Source of the DNA: Nanobdellota archaeon
GTDB taxonomy: Archaea > Nanobdellota > Nanobdellia > Nanobdellales > Nanobdellaceae
Reading direction: 5' to 3'
Assembly (NCBI GenBank): GCA_042850255.1
Contig: AP031373.1
Location: 330,001 to 362,000 of the forward strand
DNA: 32,000 bases
Shown: positions 8,774 through 16,620 of the stretch, one piece after another
Position numbering within the stretch: the first letter of the stretch is position 1
How the letters are laid out: each line of letters opens with the position of its first letter
Notes under the pieces: generated by a model
The model's database searches: none
What the model was told of the DNA's origin: nothing
The model's input: the letters and a program-made list of their open reading frames with translations, nothing else
Made by a program: the position numbers and the translations under genes

Positions 8774-8792
8774 AAAATAATTATAAAAAATA

Positions 8793-9827
8793 TTATTGTC
8801 CGCTATAAAAAGTATTAATATTAGTAATTGGAAGGTTGCCCCCATATGTTTGAGATGTTGTAAATGAAAGGAATCCATATGGTATTAATGTATTATTATT
8901 TGTTTGTATTACATCTTCGGCACCGAAAACATAAGGTTGAGGAGCATATTTAGCCATATCTCCAGTTTCTAATACTAAATTCCATAATGTTTGATTAGTC
9001 ATTTGTAAATATTGTAAACCATTAGCACCTACAGCCATTGCTTTATAATTTCCTGTTCCTAATGCTTCCATATATTCTTTTGCAAAACCTTGTGGTACAA
9101 CAACATCAGTATAACTTTGTGGATTTAACTTGTCTAACAATATTGTATTATTGTGTGTTATTGGTAATACTATTCCATTTGGATTATATATTGTTATAAT
9201 TTGTTCTAATGGAACATAGTTTGAATTATTTGGTACTACATTTTGATTAAATTGTTGTGGTACATTTAATGATTGTGCAAAATCTGGTCTCATTTGTAAA
9301 TTATATGTTCCTAAATCATGTAAATGACCATGTGGTCCTACATAATATAATGTACCTTGATCATTTCCATCATATTTTATAAATGCATAATCAGGAAGTT
9401 TTAATACTTGTACACTCGGTTGAGAATTTATGTCATGTAATCCAAATAATATTCCTAGAGCAATAGCAGCAGCACCAACAGCTCCAACACCTATAGCTAA
9501 ATACTTTGTGAATTTAATACTACTTTTAGTCTTTTTATAGTTATATTTATCAATTGTTCCATCCTTATATGCACCTTCTATTAAATTATCTAAATATCCT
9601 AATTGTCCTTTAACAGAATTATATGCTCTTACAGGTGGTAATAAATAAATAAATGTCGTTCCATATATCTTTGCCTCTTCTCCTATTTCTTTTAATTTAT
9701 TATCCAAGTAAGATCCATAATAATTTGCCTTTTCTTTTAATGATCTAAAACCATTCATTATTTTTGACCCTACACCTTTCGGTTTTAAAATGTTATCCAA
9801 CCTAGTATTACCTTTGTTTCCTAACAT
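8793..9827 (-). CDS. Bitopic membrane protein: ~110 aa cytoplasmic N-domain, one Gly/Ala-rich TM, ~210 aa external domain
   Basis: A 344-codon ORF. The central helix is YLAIGVGAVGAAAIALGILFGL, preceded by KKTKSSIKFTK (positive-inside). No cysteines by my reading. It is the only opposite-strand gene inside the island. Confidence 0.75.
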   Translation of the reverse strand: MLGNKGNTRLDNILKPKGVGSKIMNGFRSLKEKANYYGSYLDNKLKEIGEEAKIYGTTFIYLLPPVRAYNSVKGQLGYLDNLIEGAYKDGTIDKYNYKKTKSSIKFTKYLAIGVGAVGAAAIALGILFGLHDINSQPSVQVLKLPDYAFIKYDGNDQGTLYYVGPHGHLHDLGTYNLQMRPDFAQSLNVPQQFNQNVVPNNSNYVPLEQIITIYNPNGIVLPITHNNTILLDKLNPQSYTDVVVPQGFAKEYMEALGTGNYKAMAVGANGLQYLQMTNQTLWNLVLETGDMAKYAPQPYVFGAEDVIQTNNNTLIPYGFLSFTTSQTYGGNLPITNINTFYSGQ

Positions 9828-9915
9828 ATAATATAATTTATTTAAGCTTTTTTAAATTTTATCACCATCTGGTATTAAAATTACTATTATAAATTTCTAA
9901 GGATTACTATAAAAA

Positions 9916-11187
9916 ATGAGAAAAAAAGGACAAGAATCAACAATTATAAGCATAGTAATACCTATAATAATATTTATTATAATAATTGTTTTCTTATTTT
10001 TCTTATTAAAAGCAGCTTCATATTCTGGTAGATTACCTGCAAAATTTGGATATGCTTTAGCAGGTTCAATAAGTTTAATAGTAAATAAACCAGCACAAAT
10101 TGCTCAATCAATTGGAGAAGATGGTTTAATAGCGCTTGCTGGTTTCGCAGCTGCAGCTTTTATAATAGGGGGAGCTGATGCTTTAGGAGGAGAGGAAGAT
10201 ATAGTTCCTGCAGAAGAAGAGGAAACAATAGGAAATACAAAGGATTTAACACAAGATTTTTCTCAGTTAGAAAGTACAGTAGGAAATCCAGGAGATGAAG
10301 AAGGTTCATTATCTACATTTTTAAAGGGAGGAGCGAGCGCTGTAGGAAAATTAATAGGAAATCCTTTATATCAAAATTCTTTACTATTTTTTGGAGGATT
10401 GTTTCTTATAGGAGATATTACTAATACAATAGCATCAGAAATACAAACACCAATATTAAACTATTTAGCTCCAGAAGGTGTATATTTTATAGATTTTAAT
10501 AGTTTATCTTCTAGTGATTTAAATCAAATGTATCAAAATTTAAATCAATCTTTTGTAAAACCAATAGAACAATATTGTCAAAATCCACAGAGTCCGGAAT
10601 GTGAAAATATATTTTTAACATATTTAATAGCATTAGATTTATATTATACGTGGGGAGAAACGTTGGGACAATCTGTAGCAATAGCAGGATCCCATGACGA
10701 ATATTTTATTGGATATATAAATTATAATTCTGGTAATTATAATGTTACACAAGAGGGTGTTTTATGTATGTTGGGAATGATGGACTTTTTCGGACAATCT
10801 CCCTTGGATCAGATGTATAATATGAATCTACAAGAATTACTTAGTGATATTAATTATGATGGAGATTTAGAATGCCAAATAGCAAAACAGGTTTTAAATA
10901 TAAATTTAGTAAGCAGTGGTACACCATGTTCATCTAGTAGCGCAAATATACCAGATACTGTAACTCAAATGGATGTATATGAAACATATGAGGTTCAGCA
11001 TAATTCTGTATCTTTTTATCAATGCTCCTCATCGCAACCATCAGATTATAATATTATTATTCCTTCCACTAATGGTAATTATTATTCCGGATACTTACAA
11101 TATTTATATGATGGAGGAACACAAGGAATTATAGTTTCATCAGTATTTGGAGAACAATCAAATAATCAACAAAGTTCAAGTCAATAA
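9916..11187 (+). CDS. Prepilin-like N-terminus protein (423 aa) with further hydrophobic segments and a Cys-containing C-terminal domain
   Basis: MRKKG-QESTIISIVIPIIIFIIIIVFLFFLL has the basic residues, Gly and polar residue then long hydrophobic helix expected of an archaeal class III signal peptide. There are two more hydrophobic stretches (GLIALAGFAAAAFIIGGA and SLLFFGGLFLIGDITNTIA). An acidic linker (EEDIVPAEEEE) is present, and I count 6 Cys. Confidence 0.8.
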   Translation: MRKKGQESTIISIVIPIIIFIIIIVFLFFLLKAASYSGRLPAKFGYALAGSISLIVNKPAQIAQSIGEDGLIALAGFAAAAFIIGGADALGGEEDIVPAEEEETIGNTKDLTQDFSQLESTVGNPGDEEGSLSTFLKGGASAVGKLIGNPLYQNSLLFFGGLFLIGDITNTIASEIQTPILNYLAPEGVYFIDFNSLSSSDLNQMYQNLNQSFVKPIEQYCQNPQSPECENIFLTYLIALDLYYTWGETLGQSVAIAGSHDEYFIGYINYNSGNYNVTQEGVLCMLGMMDFFGQSPLDQMYNMNLQELLSDINYDGDLECQIAKQVLNINLVSSGTPCSSSSANIPDTVTQMDVYETYEVQHNSVSFYQCSSSQPSDYNIIIPSTNGNYYSGYLQYLYDGGTQGIIVSSVFGEQSNNQQSSSQ

Positions 11188-11219
11188 TACTTATAAATTA
11201 CAAAGAATCCAATATTCTT

Positions 11220-11351
11220 ATGGATAATACTTTGTTAGGAATCATAATAGCATTAATATTCTTTATATTAATTTTAATATTAGTATTTGTAGTTTTGGGG
11301 CCAAATATAGGTTATAATATAAGAATATTTGCAATAAACAATGTTCCGTAA
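11220..11351 (+). CDS. Micro-ORF (43 aa), single hydrophobic helix; not in the supplied ORF track
   Basis: Manual translation from ATG 11220 to TAA 11349-11351 gives MDNTLLGIIIALIFFILILILVFVVLGPNIGYNIRIFAINNVP. It overlaps the next ORF start (11341) by 11 nt. Confidence 0.45.
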   Translation: MDNTLLGIIIALIFFILILILVFVVLGPNIGYNIRIFAINNVP

Positions 11352-11532
11352 AAGATCAGATACTTCTACAGATTTTTTAGTTTATGTAGTATTATTTATA
11401 GTTGCTTTATTAATAGTAGTAGCATTTATGGTGTTTTATTTCCATGGTGGAGTAAATCTATTTAAAAGTGTAAAACCAGCAAATGGATCTGTAATTGTTA
11501 ATGATGTACAAAATAATAATTATAATCCATGA
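11341..11532 (+). CDS. Small prepilin-like protein (63 aa)
   Basis: MFRKRS-DTSTDFLVYVVLFIVALLIVVAFMVF is followed by a short polar tail with the sequon NGS. Its stop overlaps the next start (ATGA at 11529-11532). Confidence 0.6.
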   Translation: MFRKRSDTSTDFLVYVVLFIVALLIVVAFMVFYFHGGVNLFKSVKPANGSVIVNDVQNNNYNP

Positions 11533-11678
11533 AATCTGATATATCTATAAGTTTTTTAATATACTTAATAATCGCAATAATAATTATTATACTAGCAATA
11601 ATATTTTATTATACAATATATCATGGATCTGTAGCTCTTAATGTAACATCTGTAGGATATAAATTCCTAAATCAATGA
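11529..11678 (+). CDS. Micro-ORF (49 aa), prepilin-like; not in the supplied ORF track
   Basis: Manual translation gives MKSDISISFLIYLIIAIIIIILAIIFYYTIYHGSVALNVTSVGYKFLNQ. The N-terminus closely resembles those of 6252 (MRNDISIDM...) and 6437 (MKSD...). ATGA overlaps occur at both ends (11529-11532 and 11675-11678). Confidence 0.5.
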   Translation: MKSDISISFLIYLIIAIIIIILAIIFYYTIYHGSVALNVTSVGYKFLNQ

Positions 11679-12589
11679 GAACTTTATTATTCAAATTTAT
11701 ATTTGAACTAATAGTTCTAATAATATTAATAATTATGATATATGTAGTTGTAGAAGCACTTATAGGTTCTCAATTATCTACAGAACATCAATATATAAAA
11801 TATACAAAAGATATAGGTGATATATTTGATGGAACTTCTCAACAATTATTCATACCTCAATATAATCCAGAGTTTGTACCAGTTCTAGTTATAGGAAAAG
11901 ATAATTATGTATATATTGAAATGTATAAATGTAGTTATAACATAAATTCAGAATTTCCTTCAATGCCCTTATGGAATGTTTCAGAGGGAAATGGTATTTA
12001 TTTATTTGCACCCGATTTATCTCAATGTATATTAATTTATCAATATGGTATAGGATCTTGTAGTAAATTTAATAATAATATAAATGTTTATATAAGTTCT
12101 TTGGGCGGTGCAGCAGGTTATGTAATAGCATCTCCAGGACCTTTATCAACTATACCTCAAATTCTTGTTCCATTTGTATATGTATCAATATATTCAGATC
12201 CGATAACAAATATTGTATTTAGGAATATATATAATCTTCAAACATATATAGATAATGATACTGTTATAAGTTGTAGTTGTAACGGTGGATCTGCACAATG
12301 TGAGGTAGAATTTGATGGTAATTCTTATCCATTAGAATGTTATCTTTCATTAGGTTCTAATATAGAAGCATGTGCAGAATTATCAGGAATGATAATTACA
12401 ACTTCTAGCAATTTCTTTACAAATCTTTATGATCAAGACATTTTAACTGGATCTGAAATAAATATAAATAATGAACAATATCCATACTTGCTTCTATATT
12501 TAGGTCAGTTTGTAAGTAATCCAATATTATTAGTAGAAAATGAAAATGGCGGAATATATTTTTACTATGAAATTCCTGTAAAGCAATAA
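11675..12589 (+). CDS. N-terminally anchored secreted protein (304 aa), Cys-rich
   Basis: MRTLLFKFIFELIVLIILIIMIYVVV opens the protein. I count 8 Cys, including the cluster ISCSCNGGSAQCEVEF. Sequons NVS and NDT are present. No domain was recognised. Confidence 0.8.
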   Translation: MRTLLFKFIFELIVLIILIIMIYVVVEALIGSQLSTEHQYIKYTKDIGDIFDGTSQQLFIPQYNPEFVPVLVIGKDNYVYIEMYKCSYNINSEFPSMPLWNVSEGNGIYLFAPDLSQCILIYQYGIGSCSKFNNNINVYISSLGGAAGYVIASPGPLSTIPQILVPFVYVSIYSDPITNIVFRNIYNLQTYIDNDTVISCSCNGGSAQCEVEFDGNSYPLECYLSLGSNIEACAELSGMIITTSSNFFTNLYDQDILTGSEININNEQYPYLLLYLGQFVSNPILLVENENGGIYFYYEIPVKQ

Positions 12590-12590
12590 A

Positions 12591-13751
12591 ATGGAGGAAG
12601 AATTGTTAGAAGGAATTATAGCTTCTGTATTTTTAATTATAGTTGCTTTAATTGGATTTTTTTTACCAAGATTAGCTTCTGAATTCTTTAACTCTCATAA
12701 TCCATATCTAGTTTTAGAAGTAGCAGGATTTTTAACTTATTCTACTTCGGAACCTGGTAATATTTCTGCTTTAATACCAGTAACTCAAGCTGCAGATCAA
12801 GAACTAGAGTTTAGAATAATACCTCCAATAAGTACTGGTTGGGTATTTTCAACATATGATAATAGCGATTTTGCAGTAGCAATTGGATATTGTGTAGAAC
12901 AAAATTTATGGCAGCAGTTAGGATATGATGCTTTAAATGCCTTAATTAATGCAGTATTCGCATATTTTAAAGGTGGAGGGCTAGTTAGTGATGAAGCACC
13001 TTTAAGTAGTATAATTTTCAATAGTATAAAATTTTCTTCGGAAATGTATGCAGCAAATACACTGCAATTAGCAGCTTTAAATGTTTATGAGAATTATGGA
13101 CTTTACAGTGGTAATTTTGTTCAAAATCTTGCCACATCTTTTCAATCTGCTCTTGGAGAATCTGCTATTTTTACAGGAGAAAATGTTATAGAAACTTATA
13201 TTGATTCTGCATTATTCTTTGTTGCAGATTTTGGTGGTCCAATTGGATTTTTAGCAGCTACTGCTATTAATTTTGCAATAAATGCTATAGTTACATTTAT
13301 ACAATACGAAAATGTACAAAGTAATGAATTTGCAAGATGTTATAATTATTGTGAATATAAAAATAGTTGTAATGGTAACTATTTCATATATAATAATTTA
13401 CTATTATTCCAAGTTTATTATAACCCACAATTTGATATATATGATGACTGTAGTTCGCCAGAGTTATGTAATAATCAGTTAACACAAACAATATGTTTAA
13501 GTTATGAACAAGTAGTAGTTAATGGAATACCTAAAGAAGTATGTACAAATGAAGAAACAGTAGTAAGGGATACTATACCAGCATATAATTCTCAAAATCC
13601 AAATGAAGATTATATAATTAAGATAGAATTAGGATATTATAATCAAACTACTGGAGAATTTTATTATCCAGAGTTTTTATTATTACAAAAGGTTGGAGGA
13701 AATCCATTTGGGTATATAAATGTTAGCGTTTATTATACTAAATATTCATGA
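12591..13751 (+). CDS. N-terminally anchored protein (386 aa) with an internal hydrophobic region and a Cys-rich C-terminal domain
   Basis: MEEELLEGIIASVFLIIVALIGFFL opens the protein. An internal hydrophobic stretch reads FFVADFGGPIGFLAATAINFAINAIVTFI. I count 8 Cys (ARCYNYCEYKNSCNGN, DDCSSPELCNN, ...). It starts 1 nt after the upstream stop. Confidence 0.8.
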   Translation: MEEELLEGIIASVFLIIVALIGFFLPRLASEFFNSHNPYLVLEVAGFLTYSTSEPGNISALIPVTQAADQELEFRIIPPISTGWVFSTYDNSDFAVAIGYCVEQNLWQQLGYDALNALINAVFAYFKGGGLVSDEAPLSSIIFNSIKFSSEMYAANTLQLAALNVYENYGLYSGNFVQNLATSFQSALGESAIFTGENVIETYIDSALFFVADFGGPIGFLAATAINFAINAIVTFIQYENVQSNEFARCYNYCEYKNSCNGNYFIYNNLLLFQVYYNPQFDIYDDCSSPELCNNQLTQTICLSYEQVVVNGIPKEVCTNEETVVRDTIPAYNSQNPNEDYIIKIELGYYNQTTGEFYYPEFLLLQKVGGNPFGYINVSVYYTKYS

Positions 13752-14653
13752 GAGCATTAGGATTAAAAGATATAATTGAATACATACTTGCTGCTGTTAT
13801 TGTTGTAGTTTTTACTATATTATTAATATTTTTCTATGGATTTTACGAAACTGAACAATATAATCTACAATCTTATGAAATATTTTATCAATCCTTGTTA
13901 GTTGATAGATTAAATTATTGTTTATATAAATATACGGGAAATCCTTATTATTTATTTTATGCTCCATCAAATAGTACATTACAAGAATATTGGAATAAAC
14001 TTGAAGGATGCTTTATGAATTATTCTGGATTTTTTGAAGTACCAATTCAGTATTATAAGGTTACTAGTAATGTAAATGGAGAAGTTGAAGAAAATTATAC
14101 TATAGAATATGCTAATTTATCATATGTAGGAGTACCATATTTAATATTTTATAACATAAATAATTTATCAAAAAGTTACATATTTTATTATAATCAAACT
14201 TTTAGTGGATCTTTAATATCAAATAATTATTTAGAAGCTTCTGCATTCTTACTTGGAGCATCATCTTTAATTATCAGTACTTTAGCTACTAGTTATGTAA
14301 GTCCTCCATCTTCTGTAAATGTAAATAATAATAATCAACTATACAGTTTATTATCCCAATATTTATTAAACGAATCTAATTATACTGAACAATTATTACA
14401 AAATATTACTGCATATAATAATACATTTGAAGATTTTTATAAAGAGTGTGTACAAAATGGATTTAAAGAAGGTATATTTATGTATCCAATGTTATCAAAA
14501 TCCATTTTTGAAGTAAATTATAATGGAGAACCAATAAATATTGGAGTATACCAATTTGGATTAGTAATATATAATAAATTATATAATGCTACTTGTGAAT
14601 ATATAAATGGCAAAATAACTAATAATTGTGATATAACAACTAATGGTCAGTAA
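13748..14653 (+). CDS. N-terminally anchored secreted protein (301 aa)
   Basis: MRALG-LKDIIEYILAAVIVVVFTILLIFF opens the protein. It carries many sequons (NST, NYS, NYT, NLS, NQT, NES, NIT, NNT, NAT) and 5 Cys by my count. An ATGA overlap joins it to the upstream gene. Confidence 0.8.
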   Translation: MRALGLKDIIEYILAAVIVVVFTILLIFFYGFYETEQYNLQSYEIFYQSLLVDRLNYCLYKYTGNPYYLFYAPSNSTLQEYWNKLEGCFMNYSGFFEVPIQYYKVTSNVNGEVEENYTIEYANLSYVGVPYLIFYNINNLSKSYIFYYNQTFSGSLISNNYLEASAFLLGASSLIISTLATSYVSPPSSVNVNNNNQLYSLLSQYLLNESNYTEQLLQNITAYNNTFEDFYKECVQNGFKEGIFMYPMLSKSIFEVNYNGEPINIGVYQFGLVIYNKLYNATCEYINGKITNNCDITTNGQ

Positions 14654-15125
14654 AAAAAGTCAAATAGGATTTTTCTTATCTTTAATAATATCTGCTATAT
14701 TATTTCTATTCATGATAATTTATTTATTATATGTAAGTAAAAATGAACCTGCTTCATTATATGGAGTTGCATCAATACAATTGGAAGGACTTGAATATAA
14801 ATCTTCTAATGGATATTTAAATTCTTTGATGTATTATGATGGAATAAAAGTACCAGTTATAGATTTATATGGAGGATATTATAATAACGAAAATCTAAGG
14901 GATTATATAATGAATCAGACAATAAATGATACTATATATTATTTAAATTATTCATCTACAATATTATACTTTAACTTTTTTGGAAATCAAACGGGTATTT
15001 GCTATAATGGATATTTAGTAAGTTATCATATTTATTTGGATGGAAAAAGTATATTATATCAAACCTGTCCCCCAACTACATTATCAATATACTATTATAA
15101 TATAACATGTTTAGATCTTCAATAG
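14643..15125 (+). CDS. Prepilin-like / N-terminally anchored secreted protein (160 aa)
   Basis: MVSKKS-QIGFFLSLIISAILFLFMIIYLLYV opens the protein. Sequons NQT, NDT, NYS and NIT are present. It overlaps the upstream gene by 11 nt. Confidence 0.75.
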   Translation: MVSKKSQIGFFLSLIISAILFLFMIIYLLYVSKNEPASLYGVASIQLEGLEYKSSNGYLNSLMYYDGIKVPVIDLYGGYYNNENLRDYIMNQTINDTIYYLNYSSTILYFNFFGNQTGICYNGYLVSYHIYLDGKSILYQTCPPTTLSIYYYNITCLDLQ

Positions 15126-15156
15126 TTATATAAGTAAAAAGGATTTATAATAAATT

Positions 15157-16620
15157 ATGAGAAAAAGAGGATCGCTTGCTCCTTTGGTATTATTGGTATC
15201 AATTATTATATTATTAATTTTTGCATTTTATTATCTAACTTCTCAGGTAAATAGTGAAGTATTAGATATGGAATATTTATCTGAAGATTATGCAAGTTAT
15301 CAAAAAGCTTTATATTATATTTTTGTTTATGTACCATTTGAAATAAGATATAATCTAGTTAATTTAATATTAACAAATCTATATTCAAATGGTAATACAT
15401 ATAATATAAATAATATATTAGTAAATACTAATTATTATTCTACTTGTCAAATACCATTTGTAGAAAATTTAAATCAGAATGGTGATAATTCATTCTCTTA
15501 TTCCTTATGTATTCCTTTACTATATGTAGAAAATTGTCAAAATAATAATCCAACGCTTTTTGTTGATATATTAAATAATGTACAACAATCTTTGGGAAAT
15601 ATAAAAGATAGTACATTGAGTTTTTCTGGATTTTCTGAAGGACAATGTCAATATTATTTAGAAAATGTACAATATAATTTCACTATTGAAAATGAATATT
15701 CTAGAGTAATAAATTTTGGTAATATAAATTATCCATTTTATTCTTATGAATTGTATTATGATTATATAATATCATATTTATATAATCAAACATATGGATT
15801 TTTTAATTATGTTATAAATAATCAAAGTAATTTTTCTACTTATTCTAATTATATATATTATAATCAAACTCAAGGAGATAATGTTTATTTAAATTTATCT
15901 TTTAATAATAACGCTTATTATGTTTTAGACTTATATTATAATACATTATTACCACTTCAAGATCCAAATATGACAAATATAACAATAGTATTACCATGTG
16001 AAGCATTTGGCCAATTATATAACGGTAATTGTATAGCAAATCAAACATTAGAAAATTATCAATATGAATGTTTATATACAAAATCTGAAAATTTGCAATA
16101 TTTATTTAGTAAATTAAAATATAAATTGTTTAAGCAAAAAATATTTGATGGATATTGGTATAATATTACAAGCATAAATTATCAATATTCATTATCAAAT
16201 TTACCTCCAGATTTTTTAGATTGTAGTAATACAATAAATTTTGCTGAAAAAATTGTTGGAAATTATACATATTTTACTGGAGGAGATTATCCTGTATTAG
16301 TTCCAGTTAATATACAAGTTAATTATAATAATATTTCATGTTCTATTAAAAATCAAATATTTCAATTTGGACCTTTTAGTAGTATAGGTAGTTGTGATAA
16401 TGAGCAAAATATAGTAGATAATATATTAATAAGTAATAATGTCAACAATTGCATTATGAATGCATGTACAGAAATTAATAACAATTATTATTTTAATTTA
16501 ACATGTAATGATATTGTTCAAACTCAATATTTAAATTCTTTTAATTATAATTATCAAATATACGAATGGTTTAATATAAATGATAAAAATATTAATAATT
16601 TCTGTAGTAGTTTACAATAA
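15157..16620 (+). CDS. Prepilin-like / N-terminally anchored secreted protein (487 aa), Cys-rich, Asn/Tyr-rich
   Basis: MRKRG-SLAPLVLLVSIIILLIFAFYYL opens the protein. I count 14 Cys, all downstream of the helix. Sequons are dense. The 3' end overlaps convergent taw3 by 29 nt. Confidence 0.8.
   Translation: MRKRGSLAPLVLLVSIIILLIFAFYYLTSQVNSEVLDMEYLSEDYASYQKALYYIFVYVPFEIRYNLVNLILTNLYSNGNTYNINNILVNTNYYSTCQIPFVENLNQNGDNSFSYSLCIPLLYVENCQNNNPTLFVDILNNVQQSLGNIKDSTLSFSGFSEGQCQYYLENVQYNFTIENEYSRVINFGNINYPFYSYELYYDYIISYLYNQTYGFFNYVINNQSNFSTYSNYIYYNQTQGDNVYLNLSFNNNAYYVLDLYYNTLLPLQDPNMTNITIVLPCEAFGQLYNGNCIANQTLENYQYECLYTKSENLQYLFSKLKYKLFKQKIFDGYWYNITSINYQYSLSNLPPDFLDCSNTINFAEKIVGNYTYFTGGDYPVLVPVNIQVNYNNISCSIKNQIFQFGPFSSIGSCDNEQNIVDNILISNNVNNCIMNACTEINNNYYFNLTCNDIVQTQYLNSFNYNYQIYEWFNINDKNINNFCSSLQ

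Noticed and set aside
12797-13021. Minus-strand 74-aa ORF inside the 386-aa island gene
   Set aside because: It is antisense to a long ORF that is translationally coupled to its neighbours. It is short and has no supporting features.
6252-16620. Calling the island a complete type IV pilus or archaellum-like machine
   Set aside because: The window contains no FlaI/PilB-type ATPase (no Walker A/B in any island protein), no FlaJ/PilC-like polytopic platform and no GxGD prepilin peptidase. Only the putative substrate/structural side is present.
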